Positions 32,170-42,631 of a stretch of 64,000 nt of DNA are shown in pieces. The position numbers were made by a program, and so were the translations under genes. The stretch is taken from NCBI GenBank assembly GCA_963707985.1, contig CAVPRW010000028.1, forward strand, positions 1-64,000, given 5' to 3'. The stretch comes from an uncultured Nitrospinota bacterium (GTDB taxonomy: Bacteria; Tectomicrobia; Entotheonellia; J063; CAVPRW01). The notes beneath the pieces are model-generated. The model saw nothing but the letters and a program-made list of their open reading frames with translations. It was not told where the DNA came from and made no database searches. Numbering within the stretch: the first letter of the stretch is position 1; every line of letters begins with the position of its first letter.

Positions 32170-33921
32170 ATGCCTGAGCTGATCCCGCATCAGTTCCACT
32201 TCGTCTTTGGACTCCGCAAGCAGCGCGAGCCGTTCCATCTCGCCCACTATCTGTGCCTGGAGTCCTGCCGACGCGTCAATCAGCCAGAATCGATGCGCTT
32301 CTACTATCACTATGAGCCATATGGGCCGTATTGGGACCTGATCAAGCCTCAGCTGACGCTTGTGAAAGTGCCATTGGTTCCTCTGGTGGAACGGTTCCGG
32401 TATAAAGATCGCGGCATCAAGCGGTTCCGCTATGCCCACCACTCGGACTTTATCCGGCTGGAAAAACTCCTGGAAAATGGTGGGGTGTATGCAGACATCG
32501 ACACGCTGTTCGTGCGTCCGTTGCCACCGTCGTTATTCCAAAAGCCATTCGTGCTCGGCCGGGAGAGGGCCATCCAGGACCCGAAAACCGGACGGTCGAC
32601 ACCATCGTTATGTAACGCCCTGATCATGTCCACCCCAGGGGCGGATTTCGGACACCTCTGGCTGGAAGGGATGCTGGCCGAATTCGATGGGACCTGGAGC
32701 AATCATTCGACCTTATTCCCTCAGCGGTTGGCCACACGGTTTCCAGCTCTCATCCATGTTGAGCCTCAGCGCTCCTTTTACCACTTCCCACCGAGTAGTC
32801 GAGGGTTGGCGACTCTCCTGGAAGATCATCAACCCATCCCTAACGGTGTCTACAGTATGCACCTGTGGGCGCATCTCTGGTGGGAGGAGCGCCGTGTCGA
32901 TTTCACCATGTTTCACGCGGGTCTGCTGACAGAGGATTTCATACGCCAAGTGGACACGACATACAACTGCGCCGCCCGGCCGTTTCTGCCGCCGGCCTCC
33001 GGAACGTCGTTCCAGCGCAAGTCCGCCGCAGTCCGCTCGCTCAGCCTCAAGGCGCAAGCTCTGGCCAGGAAAACAACCGCGGGGGCTCGGGTGCTAGCGG
33101 GTTTGGCGGTCTATCCGGCGCTTCACAAGGTATGGCCGGACGCAAAGGTGCGCTTGGGGCTGGCCCGCGGGCATTGGGCGTATAAGAGCGCGTTGCAGCG
33201 GTTCAAAGCCCAAAACGCCTTCGAGGCCACAATCGTGCGCTCGATCATCCTATGGGATGAATACCAGGTGTTCGGGCGGCATTTCCGTCCGGAAGATGTC
33301 ATCATCGACATCGGCGCCCATATCGGCTCGTTCAGCTTCGCCTGTCACTACCTTGGAAGCCGGGAAATCCACGCGTTCGAGGCCGACCCGACAAATTTTG
33401 TCCGCTTGCGGAATCACGTTTCGGACCTGCCGGGGATGCATCTATACAACTGCGCCGTTTTTCGCAGCGACGCTCCCGCCGTCGACGGTCTGCTGCACTC
33501 CGGCCCGGCGTTTTTCAACACGGGCGGCGGCAACGTCATCTTCGGAGGGCAGCTGTTCGATTCTGATACCCAAGAGTCCTGGATATCCGCCGAGACGGAC
33601 CGGTCTCGGGTCCCAGCCGTGCCGCTGGATGAGGTCCTCGGGCGGTTCGAGCGAGTCAAGCTGCTCAAGCTCGACTGCGAAGGAAGTGAGTACCCGATCC
33701 TGCTCACCAGCACGCAGCTTCCCAAAGTGGAACGTATCGTCGGCGAATACCACGAAATCCACGCGAGCGCCATGCCTCTGCTGGTGGCGGAGGCCCGTCT
33801 GGATGGATTCACATCGTATGGTCCCGACTTGTTGGCCCGAAAATTGGCGGCTGCCGGCTTTCGGGTAAGCATTATTCCGACCGACGCCGGCCGGGGCAGG
33901 TTCGAAGCCGTCAAAAAGTAG
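32170..33921 (+). CDS. Fusion of GT32/DXD sugar-binding glycosyltransferase and FkbM-family methyltransferase
   Basis: N-terminal IPHQFHFVFG, AHHSDFIRL, GGVYADID, HLW; C-terminal IIDIGAHIGSF, AFEAD, LLKLDCEGSEY, GEYH. Confidence 0.85.
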   Translation: MPELIPHQFHFVFGLRKQREPFHLAHYLCLESCRRVNQPESMRFYYHYEPYGPYWDLIKPQLTLVKVPLVPLVERFRYKDRGIKRFRYAHHSDFIRLEKLLENGGVYADIDTLFVRPLPPSLFQKPFVLGRERAIQDPKTGRSTPSLCNALIMSTPGADFGHLWLEGMLAEFDGTWSNHSTLFPQRLATRFPALIHVEPQRSFYHFPPSSRGLATLLEDHQPIPNGVYSMHLWAHLWWEERRVDFTMFHAGLLTEDFIRQVDTTYNCAARPFLPPASGTSFQRKSAAVRSLSLKAQALARKTTAGARVLAGLAVYPALHKVWPDAKVRLGLARGHWAYKSALQRFKAQNAFEATIVRSIILWDEYQVFGRHFRPEDVIIDIGAHIGSFSFACHYLGSREIHAFEADPTNFVRLRNHVSDLPGMHLYNCAVFRSDAPAVDGLLHSGPAFFNTGGGNVIFGGQLFDSDTQESWISAETDRSRVPAVPLDEVLGRFERVKLLKLDCEGSEYPILLTSTQLPKVERIVGEYHEIHASAMPLLVAEARLDGFTSYGPDLLARKLAAAGFRVSIIPTDAGRGRFEAVKK

Positions 33922-33996
33922 AGCGCGGCGTGCCATACCGCACGCCATCAACACCCCGACCATGTCGGCAGCGGGGCAAGATCTTCCCTCGTCGGC

Positions 33997-34775
33997 TTGC
34001 GACGTCACCTCCTCAACAACATTTCGCTGGTCGGTGGACCAAAGATCCTGGCATATGGGCAGGGCATCAAACTGTACACCATGCATGAGTATTGGCTGGT
34101 GTGCCCCACCCATGTGCTGTTCAAGTATAATCGCACCGCTTGCATGCAGCCTCATTGCTTCGCCTGTAGCCTGACGTATAAGCGCCGCCCGCAGTGGTGG
34201 CGGCATCTGAAACTGTTGGAAACGGCGGTCAACTACGTCGATACGTTTATCGCCCCAAGCCGCTTCTGCAAGAACCTACACTTGCGGAGAGGACTCAACG
34301 TTCCCAGTGTGCATCTGCCCAGTTTTGTCCCCTCAGTAGAGCCCGTCTCCGCAGCACCCGAGCCGCGCCATCGCCACACGCGAGGGAGGCCGTATTTTCT
34401 CTTTGTCGGGCGCCTGGAGAAGCTGAAAGGCGTGCAGAGGCTTATACCACTCTTTCGCCACTATCAGAAGGCTGAGCTCGTGATCGCAGGCACAGGCAGT
34501 TATGAGTCGCAGTTGAAACGGTTAGCTAAGAATTGCGCTAACATCCGATTTTTGGGTTACGTGTCAACCCTCAGTTGCATGCCTTGTACGACAAGGCCGT
34601 AGCTGTTATTGTGCCAACCTTATGCTTCGAAAGCTTCCCTCAAGTGATTATCGAGGCCTTCAGTCGGCAAACACCAGCTCTTGTCACAAACATGGGTGGG
34701 ATGCCAGAGATAATCGAAGAGAGCGGCGGAGGATGCATTTACAATACAGACGAGGAGTTGCTAGCAGCGGCGGAT
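33997..34775 (+). pseudogene. GT4 glycosyltransferase remnant (5'-truncated, frameshift near 34575)
   Basis: TMHEYWLVCP, FVGRLEKLKG, then ESFPQVIIEAF...GGMPEII in the next frame. Confidence 0.75.
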
Positions 34776-34776
34776 A

Positions 34777-34975
34777 GCCACCTTCGCGGCTGGCTTGCCC
34801 AGCTTTTTCCGCCAGCGCATCACCATCTCGCAAGCCGAGGAGGCGATCAAGCGCGGACTGGACCAACGCGAGGCCGGCTTTCTCGATCTCATCCGGACCC
34901 GGGTCTATGGTGACCCGACCAGTCCGTATCTCCGGCTGCTCGCGATCGCCGGATGCGAGTTTCCGGATGTCTGCG
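34777..34975 (+). pseudogene. Fragment of an unrelated gene fused to the GT4 remnant
   Basis: Abrupt switch to protein-like FFRQRITISQAEEAIK...PTSPYLRLLAIAGCE, cut off at the repeat starting 34991. Confidence 0.4.
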
Positions 34976-34990
34976 ACAGCATTCATCATG

Positions 34991-35850
34991 GCATCAGGAG
35001 TGACCGATGGATGATTTTGCGACGAGATCAAGGCTGCGCATGAGATTGTGGCGTTTTTTGCGGCATAACAGGCACTAGACGGAGGGTTAGACGGATGACC
35101 ATGAACGAATCAGAAACGCTCGGAATCGACATCGGCGGCGTCATCATCGACCGTGTGAGCGAGGATGCCCAGAGCTATGCCGAGGCGGCAGCAGTTGATG
35201 GCGCATTCGAGGCTATTGCGCAGCTCGTCCAGCGACGGTTCCGAGAGCGCGTCTGGTTGGTCTCACGGTGTGAGGAGTCGAGAGATCCGGTGCTAATGGA
35301 GTGGCTGGAACGGCATGACTTCTTCGGCTCAACCGGTGTCACACGCAATCAGGTGCTCTTCTGCCGGCAACGACACGAAAAGGCGACGATATCCCAGCAA
35401 CTCGGGGTTAGCCATTTCATTGACGACCGTCTTGAAGTACTCAGCCATCTCGTGGGCAACGTGCCCAATCTTTACCTTTTCCAATCAAGAGCCGAGGATA
35501 TAGATCGTTTTCGTCAGTTCTTGCCACACGTGCACCTAGTCAGGAGATGGAGCGAGATTGTAGACGCCGTGCTGCCACCTGGATGATGAACTGCCATCGT
35601 TAGCCTTCACCTAGATAATCGAGCGAGGCAGTGGGATATAGGCGCGGTTCGGTCAGCAGAGGATTTCCCAACACGTGCCTTCGGTTTTCGGGACGCCACA
35701 AGTCTGTTCGGCTTCGAGCGGTCGCTCCACATCCCGCGGTGACCAGCATGAGCAACTCGATCGACAGCGCAGCCTCAGGAGCAACCGGTCGGTGATTCTA
35801 CGACGAGATCACAGCTTCGCATGAGATCTTGGCGTTTCTTGCGGCATAAT
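34991..35850 (+). repeat. Diverged 79-bp direct repeat (34991-35069 and 35772-35850) flanking a HAD-like gene
   Basis: Manual alignment gives 64/79 identities; both copies contain ATGAGAT..TGGCGTTT.TTGCGGCATAA. Confidence 0.8.
35095..35586 (+). CDS. HAD-superfamily-like hypothetical protein
   Basis: GIDIGGVI (motif I-like), LVS, K, HFIDDRLEVL (motif IV-like). Confidence 0.65.
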   Translation: MTMNESETLGIDIGGVIIDRVSEDAQSYAEAAAVDGAFEAIAQLVQRRFRERVWLVSRCEESRDPVLMEWLERHDFFGSTGVTRNQVLFCRQRHEKATISQQLGVSHFIDDRLEVLSHLVGNVPNLYLFQSRAEDIDRFRQFLPHVHLVRRWSEIVDAVLPPG

Positions 35851-36545
35851 CGTTTTGGGTATGATGCCGTTCTGCTGCTCAGCGTCCAGATCCTTTACAA
35901 GCTGAGCGGAGTCGTCCTGCTCGTCGTCCTCTCTGTCGCCTGTCGGCCGCAGATATCGGCGTCTACTTTTTTGCCCTTGCCGTGGGCACCCTCTTTGGGA
36001 ATCCTTATCGAAGCCAATATCCTGCGCTCCTTGTGTCTGCTGGGAACAGCTGCGTTGGTGACCCACCGCTGACTCTGCCCACTGCAGGTGTCATGGGACT
36101 GCAGCTTCATTAAATAAGGTACCCCCTTCATTCTCCTCACCCTTCTCGCCATGCTGCGAGGGCAGGGTGATACGCTGCTCCTCAGGTTCTTTACGGACTA
36201 CGACACCGTCGGTCATTGCCAGCTGGCCCTCAGAACCGTGTGAGCCTTCGCCTTTGTGCCAATGACGGTCGGCCAGGTGTTCTTTCTACAGCTCGCGGCC
36301 CACGGCCTTAGCCGAGAGAACCGTTATACCCTTATACGAGGGGCCGGGTTTCTCCTCGGCCTGGGTCTGCTCGGCATAGGAGTCATGTTCCTCGCCGCAG
36401 TCCAGCTGACAGCGGTGTTATATAGCTCTCTTGCCGAGGCGATCACCCCACTGCTCTGTCTCCTGGCACTATCCTTGCCGCTGACCTTTCTCTGCCTTTT
36501 CTTGTTCTCTTCCCTACAGGCATTGCATCAGGAGACAAAATCACT
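35821..36545 (+). pseudogene. Polysaccharide flippase (Wzx/MATE-like) remnant
   Basis: Hydrophobic fragments with stops and deletions: QILYKLSGVVLLVVLS; GDTLLLRFFTDYDTVGHCQLA; TAVLY...SSLQALHQE. Confidence 0.6.
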
Positions 36546-36838
36546 GATCTCACCCATTATGCCCCCCAGGATTGTCCTGCAGATTCCAGTCGTCACCACA
36601 CCACTCCTGTTTCCCTGGAGTGCTCGACCTCCACCCCACACATGCTTCACTACGATCCATAGGTCCTCCTGTGGCTCTGTGCAGAGCCCTTTTTGCAGGA
36701 ACGGCACAGCGAGGAGTATGGCTGTGAGGTGGATGAGTCGCGTTTGCATACAACACTGCCAGAGTGTAAAATTCAGCTGTTGAACGCTTCAAGGTAACCC
36801 GTTTTTCATTCGTGGTCGGTTGCCGCTAGGAGCTGTTG

Positions 36839-37780
36839 ATGCCATTTACTGTGGCTGATTTCCACGATTTGATTCGGCTCCTCGAAGAGCATCCGGATTG
36901 GCAGACTGAGCTACGGCGGGTGCTTTTCTCGCAGGACTTACTCGATTTGCCACGCACGGTACAGGAATTGGCGATTGCCCAGCGCCGCACGGAGGAGGCC
37001 ATCACACATTTAACCCAACGTATGGAGCAGGGTTTTGCTGAGGCCTCAACCGAACGCCACGAGCTACGCCAGGATCTCACCCAACTAACCGGGCGTGCGG
37101 ATCGGTTAACCGGCCGCGTGGAGCAGGGCTTTGCCGACGCCGCTGAGGATCGACAGCGTATTCGCACAGACATGGCGCAGGGCTTTGCTGAGGCCGCTGA
37201 GGATCGACAACGTATTCGCACAGACATGGCGCAGGGCTTTGCTGAGGCTGCTGAAGATCGACAACGTATTCGCACAGACATGGCTCAGGGCTTTGTCGAC
37301 GCCGCCGCCGATCGGCGTGACATGCGGCGCGATATCGGACAATTGAAGGGATTGGGGCAAGAACAATTCTATCGTGACCGCGCGGCTGCAATTTTCGGGC
37401 GCCTTCTGAGGCAAGGATATGACGCCACAAATCAAGTAGCTGACCTCCTCCAAGACGCCCGCCGGACCGGTGTCATTTCCGATCGCGACTACCAGGAAGC
37501 GCTGGCGGCAGACCTACTATGGGGCGGTCAAACACGCGACAGCCGTCAGCCTATTGTGCTTGTGCTCGAAGCTTCCTGGACGGTAGGACATGTCGATGTC
37601 GAGCGTGCGGCCAGGCGCGCGTCCGTGTTGCGGCAAGCTGGGTTGAGGGCTCTACCTGTGGCTGCGGGCCAGGAATGGCCACCCAACATGCAGGACGATG
37701 CCAGACGGTTGGGAGTGGCCATCGTCCAAGACGGGACAGTGGATCAAGAAAGCTGGGAAGCAGCTCTCGCCCAGGCGTAA
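36839..37780 (+). CDS. Coiled-coil tandem-repeat protein with C-terminal restriction-endonuclease-like domain
   Basis: AGGAG RBS; MPFTVADFHDLIRLLEEHPDW N-terminus; 18-aa repeats; ADLLW...LVLEASWTVGHVDVERAARRA C-terminus. Confidence 0.7.
   Translation: MPFTVADFHDLIRLLEEHPDWQTELRRVLFSQDLLDLPRTVQELAIAQRRTEEAITHLTQRMEQGFAEASTERHELRQDLTQLTGRADRLTGRVEQGFADAAEDRQRIRTDMAQGFAEAAEDRQRIRTDMAQGFAEAAEDRQRIRTDMAQGFVDAAADRRDMRRDIGQLKGLGQEQFYRDRAAAIFGRLLRQGYDATNQVADLLQDARRTGVISDRDYQEALAADLLWGGQTRDSRQPIVLVLEASWTVGHVDVERAARRASVLRQAGLRALPVAAGQEWPPNMQDDARRLGVAIVQDGTVDQESWEAALAQA
37124..37315 (+). repeat. 54-bp in-frame tandem repeat, about 3.5 copies (QGFAxAAEDRQRIRTDMA)
   Basis: CAGGGCTTTG...GAGGATCGACA.CGTATTCGCACAGACATGGC units start at 37124, 37178 and 37232, with a partial unit at 37286. 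Confidence 0.95.
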
Positions 37781-37880
37781 CCATCCATTGGACTTTTCTC
37801 CTTTTGGTACTTCACTATGTTACATGGTGACACCATCGCCTCATCACAGGGTTGATTCATTTACCCGAAAGGAGCATCCC

Positions 37881-39653
37881 ATGCCCGACTCACCACGGAT
37901 CTCCTCCGCCCAGTACGGCTCCGATGTCATCGTCGATCTCTTGAAAGCCCTTGGCATTGAGTATACGGCCTTTAACCCCGGCTCAAGCTTCCGCGGCCTG
38001 CACGACTCGCTCGTCAATTACGGCGGCAATCGGCTGCCCGAGGTCATCGAGTGCGGCCACGAAGAGGTCTCAGTGGCCATGGCCCATGGGTATGCCAAGG
38101 CCACCGGCCGTCCGATGGTGGCCATCGCCCATAACATCGTCGGCCTGCAACACGCCTCGATGGCCATTTTCAACGCCTGGTGCGATCGCGTGCCGATGCT
38201 CGTCCTCGGAGGTACCGGACCCATGGATCTGACCAAGCGCCGCCCCTGGATCGATTGGATCCATACAGGGCTCGTCCAGGGCAACCTGGTGCGTGATTAT
38301 GTCAAATGGGATGACCAACCTCACACCCTTGCTGCCGTTCCCGAATCGCTCCTGCGCGCCTATCGGACCGCAGTGACCGAGCCGCAAGGTCCGGTCTATG
38401 TCTGCTATGACGTGGATCTACAAGAGAGTCCCGTCAGCGAGCCCATCTCGCTGCCGAACCCGCAGCACTATGGCCCTCCGACACCACTGGCCGCCAGCCC
38501 CGACGCCGTACAGCAAGTGGCCAAATGGTTGGTGGGTGCGGAACACCCGGTCATCATCGCCGATGCCGTTGGACGGCATCCCGACGCTGTACGTACCCTC
38601 GTCGAGCTCGCAGAATTGTTAGCCATTCCGGTCCTCGATCACGGCGCGCGTTTCAACATGCCCAATACGCATGCGCTCGATTGTACCGGCGCCGATGCCG
38701 AACTTTTGCCACGCGCGGATGTGGTGCTAGCTCTCGATGTGGTCGATCTCTTCCGATCGTTGAATCGTCTGGATCGCCACACCCGCACCCTGCAGTCTAT
38801 CGTCTCGGATAACGCCAAGATCGTGCATATCTCCCTGGGCGATTTCGCCATCCGCAGTTGGGCCGGAGATTATCAACGCCTGCATCGCCTCGACCTGCCC
38901 ATCGCAGCCGACACCTCGGTGGCTCTGCACCAGCTGCTCGCCGCCTGCCGCGATCTCATGGGTCCTACAACCACGCAGAGCGAGCGCTTCGTCGAACGCT
39001 TGGCACGCCTCAAAGCCATGCATGAGGCGCAGCGCCAAGGCTGGCATGACCGCGCCCAGCAACTGGCGGGGCAGACGCCGATGACGCCTGCGACTGTGGC
39101 CGGGATCATCTGGGAGGTGATCAAGGATCGGGACTGGCGGCTAGTCAATGGCACGCTGAACGGTTGGGCGCGGCGTTTGTGGGAGTGGACCGAGCCCCGA
39201 CAATATCTCGGCGGCAGCGGCGGCGCTGGCGTCGGCTATGCCATCGGCGCCTCCCTGGGGGCAGCCCTAGCCGATAAAGGCTCCGGACGCGTGTGTGTCG
39301 ATCTACAATCCGATGGCGATCTGCTAGCCTGTAGCAGCGCCCTCTGGACGGCGGCCCATCACCAGATTCCGCTCTTGATGGTCATGCATAACAATCGCAG
39401 CCTGTACAACTCGGAGGAGCACGCCGAGGAGGTGGCGCGCATTCGTGGCCGGCCCGTGGCCAACAAGGGCATTGGCACCCGGCTCGATGAGCCGCCTGTG
39501 GATTTTGCCACGGTGGCACGGGGATTTGGCATCTATGCCGAGGGCCCAGTGGAAGATGCCCACACCCTGCGGCCAGCACTCGAGCGTGCCCTCAAAGTCG
39601 TCGTCGAGGAAGGCCGCGCCGCCCTCGTGGACGTGGTGGCGCAGCCGCGTTGA
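37881..39653 (+). CDS. Thiamine-pyrophosphate-binding enzyme (acetolactate synthase / benzoylformate decarboxylase-like)
   Basis: AAGGAG RBS; FNPGSSFRGLHDS, HEEVSVAMAHGYAK, SDGDL...MHNNRS TPP motif. Confidence 0.9.
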   Translation: MPDSPRISSAQYGSDVIVDLLKALGIEYTAFNPGSSFRGLHDSLVNYGGNRLPEVIECGHEEVSVAMAHGYAKATGRPMVAIAHNIVGLQHASMAIFNAWCDRVPMLVLGGTGPMDLTKRRPWIDWIHTGLVQGNLVRDYVKWDDQPHTLAAVPESLLRAYRTAVTEPQGPVYVCYDVDLQESPVSEPISLPNPQHYGPPTPLAASPDAVQQVAKWLVGAEHPVIIADAVGRHPDAVRTLVELAELLAIPVLDHGARFNMPNTHALDCTGADAELLPRADVVLALDVVDLFRSLNRLDRHTRTLQSIVSDNAKIVHISLGDFAIRSWAGDYQRLHRLDLPIAADTSVALHQLLAACRDLMGPTTTQSERFVERLARLKAMHEAQRQGWHDRAQQLAGQTPMTPATVAGIIWEVIKDRDWRLVNGTLNGWARRLWEWTEPRQYLGGSGGAGVGYAIGASLGAALADKGSGRVCVDLQSDGDLLACSSALWTAAHHQIPLLMVMHNNRSLYNSEEHAEEVARIRGRPVANKGIGTRLDEPPVDFATVARGFGIYAEGPVEDAHTLRPALERALKVVVEEGRAALVDVVAQPR

Positions 39654-40467
39654 TCGAGGGCGGTGCCTCGTCCTCCGCATCCTCCCCACGATCTTGTGCA
39701 CCGAGGAACAGGTCCAGGCCATGCGGCGCTGCCTGAGCATAGATGGCCTGCATGGCCTCGAGGAAAGGTGTTTGTCCACGCCAAAACGGAAAACTGCCGA
39801 GCCGTTTCGGCACCGCAGCAGCGATCGGCGGGACCCAGACCTCACCGAACGGGTCATCAGGGAGGGTCGCCCCGCCCCAAAACCTGCTGCTGTCGGAGGT
39901 CAGCGGTTCGGGAGACGGGGCAGTGCTTCTTCCTGCCGCGGCGAGGGCGGAGGGCTCCAGCTCCGGCGCTGAGCCGCCAGCATAGCTGTGCAAACGCTCG
40001 AGCAGCTCCTCGCGACTCATGCCGCGCAGACGAAAGAGCAGAAACGGGTCGCGGTCGAACTCTTCGCCTATGAGATAGTACACCGCCGCGACGTGTTTAC
40101 AGGGGTTTGACCAGTCGGGACACGAGCAGTCTGTTTCGAGATCCTTCAGGCGCGTGGGGAAGAGCGACAGCCCTACACCCGTAAAGACAGCCTCGATATC
40201 CTGCGGCATCTCACCCGCCAACAATTTCGCTGCGACGATCGCTTGCTGCGATAGCGCATCGATCAGCTTGCCCCAATCATCCGAGGCTAGCGCTTGCAGC
40301 GCGATCGTCACCTGGTACGGTCGTGGCTGCGATCCCTGTACGCTGGCCTCCACCCGCCCCTTGTCGATTGTAATAGACACCACCTGCCCTCGGCGCGCAT
40401 AGTAGCGTCCGCTCCTCCCCAAGCGCATCGCCGTCACCTCTTGGCTTATGTCATCAGTACTCCCCAA
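39592..40467 (-). CDS. SWIM zinc-finger protein, probably 5'-truncated
   Basis: YARRGQV...VQGSQPRPY, CSCPDWSNPCKHVAAVYY (CxC...CxH), DPFLLFRLRG. Confidence 0.8.
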   Translation of the reverse strand: MGSTDDISQEVTAMRLGRSGRYYARRGQVVSITIDKGRVEASVQGSQPRPYQVTIALQALASDDWGKLIDALSQQAIVAAKLLAGEMPQDIEAVFTGVGLSLFPTRLKDLETDCSCPDWSNPCKHVAAVYYLIGEEFDRDPFLLFRLRGMSREELLERLHSYAGGSAPELEPSALAAAGRSTAPSPEPLTSDSSRFWGGATLPDDPFGEVWVPPIAAAVPKRLGSFPFWRGQTPFLEAMQAIYAQAAPHGLDLFLGAQDRGEDAEDEAPPSINAAAPPRPRGRRGLPRRRL

Positions 40468-41290
40468 GACACATCATATGCACTGTTCACATAGCGTTTT
40501 ATCTTCACCATGTGTAAACGTCTCTAAGCTGTTGCAGCCGTATTCTCTCAGGAGTGATTTTATCTTAGATATAACATCTAAAGCAATTCCCTACCAGTCC
40601 TGTTCATATTGACGATTCCAATATCCATTTTTAAACGATCTCTACAATTTTAAATGTTCTTTACAATCATCACATATGAGCCTTGACTTTTCTGGGAAGG
40701 TTGTTATAGTCAGCCCTGGTGCCAGTAGTATGGCTGTCAGGACTGTTGTTATCATCGCTGAGGAGCTCTCTGATGAAGAAACTCGTGAGTCTTTACCCAG
40801 CCCTCGATCGTCCCGCTTTGCCCGTTCTTCCCGCGCGATCTCGTTACCTGGCCAGGCCCAACTGCTGATCGTACTCGCCATACCGGGGAGCATGATCTCC
40901 ACACGCGCGTGTATGACTTCGATGGCTCTCCCAGGCCCATGACTGTCCCCTCGATGTCTCTAGTCCCCCCATTGTGTTAGGCGTAGGGCCAGTCTGGCCG
41001 CGGCGCTTCTGTTTAATTCATCGACTCACGAGGCGAGCAAAGTCGCTTCCCGTGTTGATAGAGATAGGCCGGATGCCCTCCTTCGTGGATGATCCCGTTG
41101 GCAAGTTCGCGACTCCGGTGCACACAATCGTCGTCAACTAGTTCAAGCCTTCACACAGTTGATGAGCTGCTCGCCAACTATCGATGAGGTACGACATTAC
41201 CCTGCTGATGTCGCTTCAGCTAATCTCCTCTGACAAGTTGTCGTACAAGTGAGTGTGGATTTCATGCAGTCGCCAAAGGTAGGTGTGGCC

Positions 41291-42475
41291 ATGCTAGCAC
41301 AAAAACGACGTATTGTTCTGTGTGCTGTGCTCTCTGTCGTCTTGACGGCTTTCCACGTTCATGCGGCACGGGTTTCATTATCATGGATTGCTCCAACAAC
41401 CAACGAAGATGGTACACCTCTGACCGACCTTGCAGGCTATGAGGTATACTACGGTTTTGCCAGTCGGTCGTACGATGTTACCATCGACGTTGGCCTCACC
41501 ACCAGCGCCGTCCTCTCGGGCCTGCAAGACGGGCGGGCATACTACTTCGCCGTCACCGCCTATGATACCTCCGGCAACCAGAGCGTCTTCGCCGAAGTAC
41601 CGTATACCACTCCTCTCGCCGACACAGATGGCGACGGTTTAATGATGTGGATGAGCGCAACATATATGGTACCGATCCCACCAAGGCCGATACGGACGGT
41701 GATGGCATCATGATGGCGGCCCAGGCCAACGACGGCAATGGGGGGACGCGCTGGAATAGCGCCAATGGGGAGACGGTCGGCGCCTGGCTGGCACTGGATT
41801 TCGGCGCTCTCGCCACCTTTGATACCATCGTGATTAAGGAGGCCATCACCCGTATCACGGCCTACCGCCTGCAGTACTGGGATGGGAGCACCTGGCGCGA
41901 TATTTTGTCAGGCAATAGCATCGGAGCCACGAAAACGCATACCTTTGCAGCCCTGACAGCGCAATGGGTGCGCCTCTATGTCACCAGTCACCATCAGCAG
42001 CGGCAGCGATGGCACGCCCAGCATCGCGGAATTTGAAGTCTATGGCAGCGACCCTGGTAATGGTGGCAATGCTTGTGGATTTGCGAATCTAGCCATGTGT
42101 GCCACGGCCTCCGCGTCCTCAGTGTGGTCGGTCGGCTATGAGGCGGCCCAAGCCAACGACGGCAATGGGGGGACGCGCTGGAATAGCGCCAACGGGGAGA
42201 CGGTCGGCGCCTGGCTGGCACTGGACTTCGGCGCCCTCGCCACCTTTGATACCATCGTGATTAAGGAGGCCCTCACCCGTATCACGGGCTACCGCCTACA
42301 GTACTGGGATGGGAGCACTTGGCGCGATATTCTGTCAGGCAATAGTATCGGAGCCACGAAAACGCATACCTTTGCAGCCCTGACAGTGCAACGGGTACGC
42401 CTCTATGTCACCAACACTATCAGCGGCGGCAGCGACGGGACACCTACCATCTATGAGTTTGAAGTGTACCAATAG
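41291..42475 (+). pseudogene. Secreted FN3 + DTDGDG repeat + two discoidin (F5/8 type C, CBM32-like) domain protein, frameshifted near 41645 and 41990
   Basis: Signal peptide; LSWIAPTTNEDGTPLTDLAGYEVYYG...YYFAVTAYD; DTDGDG twice; two copies of ANDGNGGTRWNS...WLALDFG...EFEVY. Confidence 0.75.
41715..42469 (+). repeat. Near-identical direct duplication of about 330 bp (41715-42043 and 42142-42469) encoding discoidin domains
   Basis: GGCGGCCCA.GCCAACGACGGCAATGGGGGGACGCGCTGGAATAGC... is repeated with few substitutions. Confidence 0.9.
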
Positions 42476-42631
42476 CTCCTGACAGAAGCGTTAACGGCGC
42501 TGGGCTCATCAACCTGCGATGAGGAAGGCCGCGCCACCGTCATGAACTCGACAACGCGTCGGACTCTGTCTGGAAGCGCTGGACCATCCGGTGGCGTTGG
42601 CGTATAGTGTCAGTACTATGCTGACGTGCAA

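Noticed and set aside
37124..37315. Regular repeats as a possible CRISPR array
   Set aside because: Head-to-tail 54-bp in-frame coding units with no unique spacers and no cas operon.
41715..42469. Duplicated segment as a DGR template/variable repeat pair
   Set aside because: Differences are mostly synonymous and not adenine-specific, and no reverse transcriptase gene is present.
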